Counted from the first letter of the whole stretch, positions 9,323-19,364 are shown. The stretch is DNA of 62,644 nt, filler included, from 5 parts of 5 records of this genome joined end to end with filler, not necessarily neighbours in it, one strand, 5' to 3'. The notes: generated by a model not told the origin, from the letters alone. Program-made: numbers and translations.

Positions 9323-10582
9323 CTATAGTTGGGTTTGTAGTTTTTTCTTGTTAAAACTTCTAATAAGAACAAAAATACAGATTAATATAACACTTAATCC
9401 AAATAGAGGGAGTAGAATACAAAGAATTCCAACTAGAATAACAACACCATAACTTGCTTTAAAAGATGCTGGAACTTTTGGAATTCCCCAATCTCCTTTG
9501 CGTTTTCGTAAAGCATAGGAGATTAATGCGGAAAGACTCATTAGGAATAAAACTGCCCCTGCAAAAATCATTAAAATCCAATTCCACTTTCCAAATTGCC
9601 CTTGGTGAAAAGCCATCAACCACATTCTGCCGCGCATTAAAATTCCAACATCTTCCCAATTGTGTTGCAATACTTGTGCTCCAGTATGCGGATTAAAATG
9701 AATCATTTTTTGGTCATTTTGATTTGCATAATATGTGTTGGAAACACTGTAAACCCCGTTTTTCCCTTTTGGAAAACTTATTTTCACCTCCCCAGGAAGG
9801 TTTAGCAGTTTTGCTTTTACTACCATTTCATCTAAGGAAATTACAGGAGCGTTTTCAGGGTTGTTATTTACACTAAATTTATTCCAAGTGGAAGGGTAAC
9901 CCGTGTTGGTTTGCTCTTGAACCCATTTAAATCCAGCTCCCCAAATATCTGTCCAAGGTAATCCTCCAGCTAGAATTATTAGGAATAAAATGGACATCCA
10001 AAATCCAGTAATAGCATGGGTGTCTCTAAAAAAAGTACGTTTACCTAGATTTGTTCTCGGAATAAAATACCCTTTTATTTTCCAACCACGTTCTGGCCAC
10101 CAAATAAATAAACCAGTAAGGATTAAAACTACCATCCAGCAGGCAATTAATTCAACTACTTTAGTTCCATATTTCCCCATGAGAAGCTCTCCATGAAGTT
10201 TTCTTACTTTATACATAAACGATTTTTGGGGCAATATTTCTCCAGAAACGTCTCCTTTATACGGATTTACAAATAAACTGCTAGCATGTCCAAACATTCC
10301 AGAAGTAAATTCGGTTGCTTGAGTTTCTTCAGAAGAAAGAATCATTCCGTTAGGCTTTTTTGCCGCATTTTCTTTGGCTATTTCCCATTGCTTTTGGTAA
10401 GAAATTGCCTTCCCTTGTGCTGCTACTTCTTTTACGGGTTTATAAATGGGAGCTTCGTATTGTGCTTTAAATAGATATATTACTCCAGTAACCGATAGTA
10501 AAAGTATAAATGGAAGCAAAATAAGGCCTGCAATAAAATGCCATTTCCAAAGCCACTTGTTGAGTTTAGTGTTTGTTTTCAT
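9323..10582 (-). CDS. PepSY-associated TM helix domain protein
   Basis: WKWHFIAG, RKLHGELL, RDTHAITG and AFHQGQFG conserved His motifs; multiple TM helices. Confidence 0.9.
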   Translation of the reverse strand: MKTNTKLNKWLWKWHFIAGLILLPFILLLSVTGVIYLFKAQYEAPIYKPVKEVAAQGKAISYQKQWEIAKENAAKKPNGMILSSEETQATEFTSGMFGHASSLFVNPYKGDVSGEILPQKSFMYKVRKLHGELLMGKYGTKVVELIACWMVVLILTGLFIWWPERGWKIKGYFIPRTNLGKRTFFRDTHAITGFWMSILFLIILAGGLPWTDIWGAGFKWVQEQTNTGYPSTWNKFSVNNNPENAPVISLDEMVVKAKLLNLPGEVKISFPKGKNGVYSVSNTYYANQNDQKMIHFNPHTGAQVLQHNWEDVGILMRGRMWLMAFHQGQFGKWNWILMIFAGAVLFLMSLSALISYALRKRKGDWGIPKVPASFKASYGVVILVGILCILLPLFGLSVILICIFVLIRSFNKKKLQTQL

Positions 10583-10587
10583 CTGTA

Positions 10588-12924
10588 TTAAAATTTATAA
10601 CGAATTCCTACATGAAAAGCACGCGGATTTCCAATGCTGTAATTATTTTCTTTACTGTATTGGTTAAAAGACGCCCTTGTAGAATAGAGGATATCGAAAA
10701 TGTTTAAAGCATGTGCCCAAATTTCAAATTGTTTGAGTTGGTAGCTAGCCCGTAAATTAAAAATATTATGTCCATCATAGGTTGCGGTGCTAAAAGTTCC
10801 ATCGCCATTATCTATTTGGTTTTCGAAACTAGTATTGTATTTTCCTACCAATTCATATTCTAAACCAAGCATAAAATTTTTAATGAAATTAGGGTGATAA
10901 TTTATTTGAGTGTTCCCTAAAAGACTAGGAGCCGTTTCTTGGTCGGTGTTAGAGTAATCTATACCCCCTTCGTAAAATTTAATGTAGCGATGCTTTGCAA
11001 AACTTCCATTGTGGGTTAAGCTTAATTCAGGAATTGGTTTATAGGTTATTCCATATTCAATTCCGTACGAGCGTGTTTCTCCAGCATTGGCATTGTAAAA
11101 TTCATCGTTAGTATCTCGCAAGGTTACTAAGGTGTTTTTTCCGTCTAAAATGTAAAGTGCAGCATCCAGTTTCCATTTTTCAGATACAAAATATCCACCT
11201 ATTTCATAATTGTCATAGTGGCTAGGCTTTAAGTCAAAAACTTCTCCACCAACACCTACATAACTATTTCTGTATAAAGTAGAAGTCTGCGGGGGTGTAA
11301 ATCCGTTTGAATAATTAGCATAGACACCAGAACGGTTTGTAAAGTTGTAATTAAAACCAATTTTAGGAGCAAAATTATCATAATTATTTTCTGAATCTTT
11401 AGGCCCTGCCTGCCCGTCTAACATATTATTGTAATCATAATCAAAGCGGTCGTAACGTAATGCAGCTGTAATTTTTAAGTTTTCAATAGGGTTAATTTCA
11501 TACTGAAGAAAACCAGCATAATTAAATATATCGGCATTGTAATTAAGGATGTAATCCCCATTGTTTAAATTATAACCAGTATTAATTCCTGTAGATGGAT
11601 CCACAAAAACAGTTATAGATTCTGCAACATAAGTCTGCGGAGAATAATCGGCGGTTGCCCCAATAATTAATGATGAGTTTGCAAAATTAAAATCTTTTTT
11701 ATGCTGAAGTAAACCAACAAAACTATTGTAAGTATTAGAGTTTATTTCTCCAGAACCTTCTCCCGTTAATTGTCCGTTTTGTCTAATTTGACGAATTCGA
11801 TACGACGGAATTTGATCCATAGTATTGTTTCTGAAAACAAAGTTGAACGAAGTTTTATTTTTTTCATTCCAAACCTTATTTAATGTGGATCTAAAGCGAA
11901 AAGCTTTGGCTATCCTTTCAGTAAAAGTTTGATCGCTTTCATAATTTCCTGCTTGATAATCTTCTTCTGTTAAAGAACCAGACATATCTGACCGATAATC
12001 TACCATATCAAAAACATTTGTCCATCGAAGCGATGGATCTATTTGATACACAGTTTTAAAAGTAACCGCAAATTTTTCGTAATCGCTATGTTGTATTGGA
12101 CCATTATTTCTCTGAATGTATTGTGTGCCGAGGTAGAGTCCTAGTTTTTCACTTACATTTTTTGAAGCATCAAAAGAATACTTTGTGAGTCCTAAATCGT
12201 TAATTTCAAAACCTAAACTCCCTTGTAATTCTGGAGTAGGTTCTTTGGTGATAAAGTTAAAGCTTCCTCCAATAGCTTCGCTTCCATAGATGCTAGAAGC
12301 AGGGCCTTTTAAAATTTCTACTCTTCCAAAAGAAACATCGTTCATTTCCAATAGAGCATTATGGTTAAAAACTGCTGTAGGTCTAATTGGAAGTCCGTCT
12401 TCTAAATATAAAAACAAAGATTTTGTCGAGATAGGAGAACGTACAGCCATCATATGTTGTTCGTTGCTCGATGCTTTGGAAGTAGACATATAAATACCTG
12501 GCGCTTGATTAACTAATTGCTCAATTCCAAAAGGCTTTGTTTCTTCTATGGTTTTTGCACTAATAACCGAAATAGCACCCGGAACTTCCGAACGCTTTTG
12601 TTCTTCACGACTAGCAGAAACTATTATTTCTTCCAAATTCTCGGTGCTTTCTTTGAGAATAATGGTATTAAAATGGTTGTTTAATACGATCCTCCTTGTT
12701 TCATACCCCATGTATTTTACAATAACTTTAGGGGCGTTTAGCGTAATGGAAAAATTACCATTTACATCTGTAGAAACTCCTTTATTTTGATTGTTTTCTG
12801 ATATAATTGTTACTCCATCTAATGGAGTGTTTTGTGAGTCTTTTACTTGCCCTTTAAATGCATTTTGTGCAGTAAGAGTATATCCCATCAAGAAAATGAC
12901 GGTTGCTATAAATATATTTTTCAT
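10588..12924 (-). CDS. TonB-dependent receptor with N-terminal CarboxypepD_reg-like domain
   Basis: STDVNGNFSI, EEIIVSASR, plug RVEILKGPASSIYG, C-terminal GNPRAFHVGIRYKF. Confidence 0.93.
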   Translation of the reverse strand: MKNIFIATVIFLMGYTLTAQNAFKGQVKDSQNTPLDGVTIISENNQNKGVSTDVNGNFSITLNAPKVIVKYMGYETRRIVLNNHFNTIILKESTENLEEIIVSASREEQKRSEVPGAISVISAKTIEETKPFGIEQLVNQAPGIYMSTSKASSNEQHMMAVRSPISTKSLFLYLEDGLPIRPTAVFNHNALLEMNDVSFGRVEILKGPASSIYGSEAIGGSFNFITKEPTPELQGSLGFEINDLGLTKYSFDASKNVSEKLGLYLGTQYIQRNNGPIQHSDYEKFAVTFKTVYQIDPSLRWTNVFDMVDYRSDMSGSLTEEDYQAGNYESDQTFTERIAKAFRFRSTLNKVWNEKNKTSFNFVFRNNTMDQIPSYRIRQIRQNGQLTGEGSGEINSNTYNSFVGLLQHKKDFNFANSSLIIGATADYSPQTYVAESITVFVDPSTGINTGYNLNNGDYILNYNADIFNYAGFLQYEINPIENLKITAALRYDRFDYDYNNMLDGQAGPKDSENNYDNFAPKIGFNYNFTNRSGVYANYSNGFTPPQTSTLYRNSYVGVGGEVFDLKPSHYDNYEIGGYFVSEKWKLDAALYILDGKNTLVTLRDTNDEFYNANAGETRSYGIEYGITYKPIPELSLTHNGSFAKHRYIKFYEGGIDYSNTDQETAPSLLGNTQINYHPNFIKNFMLGLEYELVGKYNTSFENQIDNGDGTFSTATYDGHNIFNLRASYQLKQFEIWAHALNIFDILYSTRASFNQYSKENNYSIGNPRAFHVGIRYKF

Positions 12925-12938
12925 TGGTTTACGTTAGC

Positions 12939-13949
12939 TTATAAAGAATATTGAAGTCCGAAGGTTAATGTTTCTTGATTTTTTAGTTGAATACCATTCA
13001 TGTTTTGATAGATAGGAAGCGCTGCTTCAAAACCAAAACGTAAATTTTTCAAACTTCCTTTAAAAGCATATAAGTTGAAGCCTATACCTGCTTCTGCATA
13101 TGTTTTTCCACTGTTTGCAGTGTCTGCTGTTACAACCATCATCGGATTTAAATCTGGATTCTCACCTTCTATTTTTCCGAGAGATGCCCACTTTATACGC
13201 CCAGAAAAGCTAAACCATTGGTTAACAGGCATTGCTACCCAGTTATTAATGCTGTATTCGTTTCCTAAGCGGTATTCGTTATCATTTTCTCCAAAACGGA
13301 AAACCCCTTTAACTTGCGACCCAAACGATAAGCGCTCCCATTGTTTTAAATAAGTAAGTCCTAAGTTGGTATCAAAAGTGCCGCTTCCAATTTGCATGGG
13401 GTAAGGTAGAATTGTTTCGTTTGGAGCAGACATTGGAGTAATGTCTTTTTTGTCTATGCTTCCTGTTGGCAATGAAACACCTACTTGAGCATGTAATTGC
13501 TGGCTATTTTTATTGAAAAAGGTATACAGAGCCGCAAGTTTAAGGTCTCCAAAACCTGAAGATTCTGTATTAAATTCTCCTCCCATTATGTTGCCTAATG
13601 TCATTTCTTGGGCAGTATAATTTGCCATTGCCATTAACGTAATTTTGTTGGACGGCGCATACATAGTTCCTAGCATATGCATATTCATAGGCATACTCTT
13701 TGGGGTAATCATATATTGTGAAAGTGCATCGCTGTATGGAGCATCGCTACTTCCGCGGTTTAAGTCTTCCATATTCATATACATATACCGGTAGGAAAAC
13801 ATCCATTCTCCTTTAGAGTGAGTGTGGTCTCCCATTACCGATATTGGTGCATGTCCATCTGGTCGTCCAGATGTCCATTTTGTAGCTTCTTCCTGTGCTT
13901 GTACTATTGAAATTGCCATGAAGAGCATGGTAGCTATATATTTTTTCAT
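12939..13949 (-). CDS. Outer-membrane beta-barrel 'transporter' family protein with a His/Met-rich N-terminus
   Basis: RPDGHAPISVMGDHTH, MPMNMHM, GFGDLKL, LPTG, PYPMQIGSGTFD; ends in a barrel-type FGLQYSL. Confidence 0.75.
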   Translation of the reverse strand: MKKYIATMLFMAISIVQAQEEATKWTSGRPDGHAPISVMGDHTHSKGEWMFSYRYMYMNMEDLNRGSSDAPYSDALSQYMITPKSMPMNMHMLGTMYAPSNKITLMAMANYTAQEMTLGNIMGGEFNTESSGFGDLKLAALYTFFNKNSQQLHAQVGVSLPTGSIDKKDITPMSAPNETILPYPMQIGSGTFDTNLGLTYLKQWERLSFGSQVKGVFRFGENDNEYRLGNEYSINNWVAMPVNQWFSFSGRIKWASLGKIEGENPDLNPMMVVTADTANSGKTYAEAGIGFNLYAFKGSLKNLRFGFEAALPIYQNMNGIQLKNQETLTFGLQYSL

Positions 13950-14001
13950 TTTTTTCTTGATACAAATGTGTTATTGTGCTAGTCTTAAAAGTAATTTGTA
14001 A

Positions 14002-14042
14002 TTGTCAAACTGAACTTGTCGAACTGAGCTTGTCGAAGTTTC
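14002..14042 (+). repeat. Tandem 14-bp REP-like units at the contig end
   Basis: TTGTCAAACTGAAC TTGTCGAACTGAGC TTGTCGAAGTTTC; core CTGAGCTTGTCGAAG resembles a dispersed intergenic repeat. Confidence 0.6.
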
Positions 14043-14142
14043 NNNNNNNNNNNNNNNNNNNNNNNNNNNNNNNNNNNNNNNNNNNNTTAATTAATTAANN
14101 NNNNNNNNNNNNNNNNNNNNNNNNNNNNNNNNNNNNNNNNNN
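14043..14142. other. Artificial contig spacer
   Basis: 44 N + TTAATTAATTAA (stops in all six frames) + 44 N. Confidence 0.98.
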
Positions 14143-14270
14143 GATTTGCCACAGCCCGACGGGCCGACCAGAACGATGAATTCGCCGTCCTGGATATCAA
14201 GGTCGATCCCGTGCAGGACATCGACCGCGCCATAGCTTTTGACGGCATTTGAAATTTCAATGGAAGCCAT
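14143..14270 (-). CDS. ABC transporter ATP-binding protein (MalK/UgpC type), N-terminal fragment
   Basis: Translates [43 protein letters not shown] (Walker A); cut by the contig end. Confidence 0.9.
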
Positions 14271-14280
14271 TTGGGTCCTC

Positions 14281-15132
14281 TTATCCTTTCACAGCGCCAG
14301 CGGTAAGCCCCTGCACCAGATAACGCTGGATCAGCAGGAAGAACGCGCAGGCCGGGATCAGGGCCAGCACACCGGCGGCCATCATCTGACCGAAATCGAC
14401 ACTGAATTTTGAAACGAATGACAACAGACCGACCGGGAAGGTCGACGCACTTTCGCTGCTGACCAGCATCAGGGCGAATAAAAGCTCGCTCCAGGCGGCG
14501 GTGAAAACAAAACCGAGTGTTGCCGCCACACCGGGCAGGGTGAGCGGCAGAATGATGCGGCGGAAGGCCTGAAAGCGGGTATTGCCATCGATCATCGCGG
14601 CTTCTTCGAGATCCTTGGGAATGCCGTCAAAGAAGGACTGCATCAGGAAGGTCGCGAACGGCACATTGAACGCCGTATAGACGATGATCAGTCCGGTCAG
14701 GCTGTCGGTCAGGCCAAGCGGGGCCAGAATTTTAAAGATCGGCGCAATCAGCATGACCAGCGGGAACATCTGGGTGATCAGCATCAGGGCGACGATGATC
14801 ACCTTGCCGCGAAAGGCAAAGCGCGAAAATGAATAGCCGGTCACGGCGGCGACCATGGTGGTCACAATCGCGGTGGTGCCCGCAACGATCACGGAATTCA
14901 GGAAATAATGCGGAAAGTTGCTTTGGGTCAGGACGAAGAAATAGTTTTCCCACGTCGTGCGTGACGGCCACATCCGCACGCCTTCGGTATACAGGATGTC
15001 GTTGGGCGTGACCGATACCTTGAGCAGCCAGTAAAGCGGGAACAGGGCAAAGACGACAAAGGCCCCGATCATCAGATAATGGCTGCCCCAATAGACCAGT
15101 TTGCGGGCGGGTGAATTTCCGGAAACGTTCAT
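14281..15132 (-). CDS. Carbohydrate ABC transporter permease (MalG-like)
   Basis: EAA loop [14 protein letters not shown]-terminal [15 protein letters not shown]. Confidence 0.93.
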   Translation of the reverse strand: MNVSGNSPARKLVYWGSHYLMIGAFVVFALFPLYWLLKVSVTPNDILYTEGVRMWPSRTTWENYFFVLTQSNFPHYFLNSVIVAGTTAIVTTMVAAVTGYSFSRFAFRGKVIIVALMLITQMFPLVMLIAPIFKILAPLGLTDSLTGLIIVYTAFNVPFATFLMQSFFDGIPKDLEEAAMIDGNTRFQAFRRIILPLTLPGVAATLGFVFTAAWSELLFALMLVSSESASTFPVGLLSFVSKFSVDFGQMMAAGVLALIPACAFFLLIQRYLVQGLTAGAVKG

Positions 15133-15150
15133 GTTCTTTGATCCCTTGCC

Positions 15151-16092
15151 CTAGCTGTCGGCATGCGTCATGGCGCGGCGCAGTGCAATCACACCCAGCG
15201 CATAGGCCAGCAGCAGAACCAGAAGGACGGCTGCAATCGCCGAGGCATAGCCGAAATCAAGGCGGCGGAAGGCCTGGGTGAAGATGTAGGATGCGACGAT
15301 CTGGGTTGAATCCGCCGGGCCGCCATTGGTCATGACGACAATCAGATCGGCGAAATTGGCAATCCAGATGGTGCGCAGCATCAGCGTGATCGCAATGGTC
15401 GGGGCCAGAAACGGCAGGGTGATGCTGATGAATTGCTGGCGGGTGGTCGCGCCATCGATTGAGGCGGCTTCGTACAGTTCCTTGGGGATGGATTGCAGGG
15501 CGGCCAGAAGGGTGATGGCAAAGAAAGGAATGCCAAACCAGATATTGGCAACAATCGGCCCCCACATCGCAAGGTCCGGATCGGACAGGATGTTAAACGG
15601 GGTTTCCATCAGGCCAAGGGCGGTAAACCAGTGCGGCAGCGGACCAACCACGGGATTGAACATCCATGCCCAGTTAAGACCCGACAAAAAGGTCGGCACG
15701 GCCCACGGGAGGAATACCAGCGCCTGAACCAGCCGACGTCCAAGGAAATCCCGGTTAAGCAACAGGGCAAGGATCAGGCCAAGCGTGAACTGGAATAACA
15801 GGGAGCCGAAAGTCCACCACGCGGTATTGACCAATGCGCCAAGAAAGGCGTCGTCGGTGATCAGGGTCTGGAAATGGGCCGTGCCGACAAAGCCGCCACT
15901 GAACGGATTGAGGATACGGATATCGCGAAAGGCATAGCTTAGCCCCAGAACGAGGGGCATCAGCATCACCGCGATGATCAGGATCAGAGCGGGGGAAACA
16001 TAAAGATAGGGTTCAAGGATGCCGGACAGTCTTCTGGAGATCACCCCCCGCCTTTCGACGGGGAGTTTTCCGGCCTGCATTGCAGTGGTCAC
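15151..16092 (-). CDS. Carbohydrate ABC transporter permease (MalF-like)
   Basis: LQSIPKELYEAASIDGA, TNGGP; probable GTG start at 16092 overlapping the binding-protein TGA (ORF track extends to 16143). Confidence 0.92.
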   Translation of the reverse strand: MTTAMQAGKLPVERRGVISRRLSGILEPYLYVSPALILIIAVMLMPLVLGLSYAFRDIRILNPFSGGFVGTAHFQTLITDDAFLGALVNTAWWTFGSLLFQFTLGLILALLLNRDFLGRRLVQALVFLPWAVPTFLSGLNWAWMFNPVVGPLPHWFTALGLMETPFNILSDPDLAMWGPIVANIWFGIPFFAITLLAALQSIPKELYEAASIDGATTRQQFISITLPFLAPTIAITLMLRTIWIANFADLIVVMTNGGPADSTQIVASYIFTQAFRRLDFGYASAIAAVLLVLLLAYALGVIALRRAMTHADS

Positions 16093-17357
16093 TGATTTGC
16101 CGCCATCCATTTTTTCTGTGCCGGGGTCAGGTATTCTGCCCATTCGGTTGCCAGTTCTTCGGGCGTTATGCGGCCAAGCATGGCTTCCTGACTGGTGCGG
16201 ATCACAAGGCTGTCCTTGAAGAAGGCGAATTCTTCAAGATGGGTCGGCATGACGGTCGGATGAACGTCGGGATCGGACAGTTCGTTAAACCAGCCTTCGA
16301 ATTGCGGGCTGGCAAAGAACGGATCGCTTTCGGCACCATTATGGATCGGCAATGCCCCGATGCGCTTGTTCCAGGCAAGGTTGCTGTCCTTGGATTCAAG
16401 ATGGGCGATGAGGTTCCATGCCTCGTCCTTGTGTTCGCTGTTGGCAAACATTGACCAGCCTGCGTAGCCGATGGTCGGGAAGGCCTTGCCCGACGGGCCC
16501 TTTGGCATGGTGGTGACGCCGAAATCCTCTTCCTTCATGCGGCTTGAAATCGCGATCAGGGCGTCGGGGTCCTGATCGAGCATCGCACAGGTGCCGGAAT
16601 AGAACCCGGCGACGATTTCGTTAAAGCCCCAGTTCAGGCTGTCTTTGGGGGCCAGTCCGTCCTTGTAGATATTGATCAGATATTCAAGACCGTCGGTCCA
16701 GCCTTCAGACGCAAAGGTGCTTTGGCCGTCTTCGGTGAAGAATTCGTTCGATCCGGCGGCGGTCGCGCCAAACATCACCCAGCCATTCAGCCCGCCGGGC
16801 CCGCCACGCATGCAGTAGCCATATTTGCCGGGAAGGGCGGATACCTTTTCAGCAGCCGCGCGGAAGTCATCGAGCGTTACCGGGACTTCGGTCACACCGG
16901 CTTCTTCGAACAGTTTTTTGTTATAGAACATCGCGCGCAGATAGAAGCCATAGGGCAGCATATAGGCGGTGTTGTTGGCCGAACGGGCAAATTCGATGGC
17001 CCGGTCATTGAGCGTTTTCGCCCCGTCCCATTCCTTGATGTAAGGTTCGAGGCTTTCGAGCGCGCCGTTATTGGCATAGAGGGTTAGCCACGTATCAGGC
17101 ATTTCAACGATGTCGGGGGTTTGGCCCGCCGATACCATTGTGGCGAATTTTTCAAAGGCCTGCCCCCATGGAAGGGATGTGATTTCGACGGTCACACCGG
17201 GATTTGCCGCCTCGTACTCCGCGACCAGGCTTTTGAGCGTTTCGGTGCGTTCCGGGCTTGTGATGACTTCGACAAGTTTCAGCGTGGTATCGGCATGGGC
17301 CTGACTTGTCAGAACGAGAGAGGTCACACCTGCCAGTAATGTTGTTTTCCAGTTCAT
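16089..17357 (-). CDS. Sugar-type ABC transporter substrate-binding protein (SBP_bac_1/8)
   Basis: Signal peptide ..QAHA, PDIVEM, MFYNKKLFEEAG. Confidence 0.92.
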   Translation of the reverse strand: MNWKTTLLAGVTSLVLTSQAHADTTLKLVEVITSPERTETLKSLVAEYEAANPGVTVEITSLPWGQAFEKFATMVSAGQTPDIVEMPDTWLTLYANNGALESLEPYIKEWDGAKTLNDRAIEFARSANNTAYMLPYGFYLRAMFYNKKLFEEAGVTEVPVTLDDFRAAAEKVSALPGKYGYCMRGGPGGLNGWVMFGATAAGSNEFFTEDGQSTFASEGWTDGLEYLINIYKDGLAPKDSLNWGFNEIVAGFYSGTCAMLDQDPDALIAISSRMKEEDFGVTTMPKGPSGKAFPTIGYAGWSMFANSEHKDEAWNLIAHLESKDSNLAWNKRIGALPIHNGAESDPFFASPQFEGWFNELSDPDVHPTVMPTHLEEFAFFKDSLVIRTSQEAMLGRITPEELATEWAEYLTPAQKKWMAANQ

Positions 17358-17387
17358 TGTGAAGTTCCCTGTTTTTAAAGAGTATTC

Positions 17388-18587
17388 TTACTTCAGGCTT
17401 GCCCCGATCGCCTGTGTCAGGTCCGCCCGGAGGTCTTCCGGGCTTTCGAGGCCGATATGCAGGCGGACCAGATTTTCCGGTACGCCAAAGCGCAGTGCGG
17501 AATTGGGCCCACCGACTTGTGCGCGCGTCACCAGCGCAGGCACAATCAGGCTTTCGTGCCCGCCCCATGACACGCCGATCTTGAAGATGCGCAGCGCATC
17601 GACAAATTTCGGGATATCGACATTCGGGGTGAACTCGAACGAAAACAGACCGGATGATCCGGTCAGGCCGGGGGGCGTTTGCCCGCCCAGACGCGGATGG
17701 TGAACCGCGATGACTTCGGGGTGGTCGGCAAGGAAACCGGCAATGGCCAGCCCCGATCTTTCATGTTCATGCATGCGGGCGGACAATGTGCGAAGCCCGC
17801 GCAGCAAAAGCCAGCCGTCAAAGGCCGAAAGCTTGGCCCCCAGATAAGGCAGGATGGTGGACCGGACATTGCCGATGAATTCGGACGATCCGGCAATCAC
17901 GCCTGCGACGACGTCGCTATGCCCGCCAAGATATTTTGATGCGGAATGAACCACGACATCGCAGCCCAATGTTGCGGGCTGGCAGAAAATCGGCGATGCC
18001 CAGCTATTATCAATGATCGATACCGCCCCAGCGGTACGGGCAATATCGCAAAGGGTTTTGATATCGTGGGTGTGGAAGGTCCAGCTTGTCGGGCTTTCAA
18101 GATAGAGGATCCTGGCACCGGGAATGGCGGCGCGCACCGCATCGATATCGCGGCCATCGACATAATCGACCGTGACATTCATATCGCGCAGGAACATCTC
18201 GAAAAACCGGAAGGCATCGGGATAAAGATGTTCGACCGCAACGATCCGGTCCCCGGGGCGGATCACGGACAGGACGGCGGACGAAATCGCTGCCATGCCG
18301 CTGGCGGTGCCCAATGCGTCTTCGGTTTTTTCAAGGGCGGCGATTTTTTCCTCGAACGCGCGGACGGTCGGGTTGAGGCCGCGCGAATAGACCGGCCGGG
18401 TTTTGCGCCCGGCATAGGTTTCGACCATTTCGGCGAAGTTCTCGAACACGAAAAGCGAGTTCTGGAAAATCGGCGGCACGACCGCATTGGCGAAATGGCT
18501 TTGGTCATAGGCCAGCCGGGTGGCGGCGGACAGGGCCGCGTCCAGTGTTCTGCTGTTTGCCGGTTTATCGGAATTATTGTTGTTCAT
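17388..18587 (-). CDS. PLP-dependent Cys/Met metabolism (cystathionine gamma-synthase/beta-lyase family) enzyme
   Basis: YSRGLNPT, ASGMAAIS, DNSWASP, PLP lysine HSASKYLGGHSD, VSWGGHESL, VRLHIGLE. Confidence 0.9.
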   Translation of the reverse strand: MNNNNSDKPANSRTLDAALSAATRLAYDQSHFANAVVPPIFQNSLFVFENFAEMVETYAGRKTRPVYSRGLNPTVRAFEEKIAALEKTEDALGTASGMAAISSAVLSVIRPGDRIVAVEHLYPDAFRFFEMFLRDMNVTVDYVDGRDIDAVRAAIPGARILYLESPTSWTFHTHDIKTLCDIARTAGAVSIIDNSWASPIFCQPATLGCDVVVHSASKYLGGHSDVVAGVIAGSSEFIGNVRSTILPYLGAKLSAFDGWLLLRGLRTLSARMHEHERSGLAIAGFLADHPEVIAVHHPRLGGQTPPGLTGSSGLFSFEFTPNVDIPKFVDALRIFKIGVSWGGHESLIVPALVTRAQVGGPNSALRFGVPENLVRLHIGLESPEDLRADLTQAIGASLK

Positions 18588-19293
18588 TGGACATTCTCAC
18601 GATGTCGTTTTCGACAATTTCAAGGATGGCAAGCGTGTGCTGACGGGCGGCTTCGGGGTCGCGCGCGACAATCGCGTCAAACAGCATGCGGTGAAATTCA
18701 AAGGATTCCTTGGCGAAGTCCGGGCGGTTGAAGGGCTGGGCAAAGAAGCTTTCAAACGCTTCGCGCATCTGGCCGAGCAACTGTTCAAACAGGGGATTGC
18801 CCGACGCCTTGTAGATCGAGAGGTGATAGACAAGGTCGGCCTGGCCGGCGGTGCCAAATTCCAGATGTTCGGCTTCCATCGCATCAAGGGCGGCGCGCAT
18901 TTGCGCAATATCCTCGTCGCTTGCGCGTTTGGCGGCCAGCATGCTGGCTTCGACTTCAAGGCCGCGGCGGACTTCAAGGGTTTGCAACAATCCATCACGC
19001 TGGGTGGCGATGGAAAGCGGCATGAACAGGGTTTGCTCACTAACCGGGCGTTTAAGATAGGTGCCCGATCCGCGTTTGATTTCGACGATGCCAAGGGCCT
19101 GCATATGGCCGATTGCCTCGCGGATGCTGGATCGGCCGACCTGAAGGCCCGCCATCAGTTCGCGTTCGGGCGGCAATTGATCGCCGGGTTTCAAATCCGA
19201 CTGCACGATGAATTGCGTCAGGGATTCAAGGATCGCATCGCGACGCCCCGATGTCTGTATGGGTCGGATAGTGGCACCTGCCGATTGCGACAC
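18574..19293 (-). CDS. FadR/GntR family transcriptional regulator (FCD domain)
   Basis: LKPGDQLPPERELM...GRSSIREA wHTH; DLVYHLSIYKASGNP. Confidence 0.93.
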   Translation of the reverse strand: MSQSAGATIRPIQTSGRRDAILESLTQFIVQSDLKPGDQLPPERELMAGLQVGRSSIREAIGHMQALGIVEIKRGSGTYLKRPVSEQTLFMPLSIATQRDGLLQTLEVRRGLEVEASMLAAKRASDEDIAQMRAALDAMEAEHLEFGTAGQADLVYHLSIYKASGNPLFEQLLGQMREAFESFFAQPFNRPDFAKESFEFHRMLFDAIVARDPEAARQHTLAILEIVENDIVRMSNEQQ

Positions 19294-19339
19294 TTCACAC
19301 CTTTATCTGATTTTCACATCGCCCTAGCGACCGGATATG

Positions 19340-19364
19340 TGGTCAGCCATCAGACGTCAGACCA
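19340..19364. promoter_or_regulatory. Candidate FadR-type operator
   Basis: TGGTCAGCCATCAGACGTCAGACCA: TGGTC...GACCA arms and repeated TCAGAC, about 50 nt upstream of the regulator. Confidence 0.5.

Noticed and set aside
14043-14142. Repeated N-flanked TTAATTAATTAA (also at 19690, 33557, 58013) as a biological repeat
   Set aside because: Identical 100-nt spacers with stops in all six frames, and composition and taxonomy change across each one. They are concatenation artefacts, so gene context must not be read across them.
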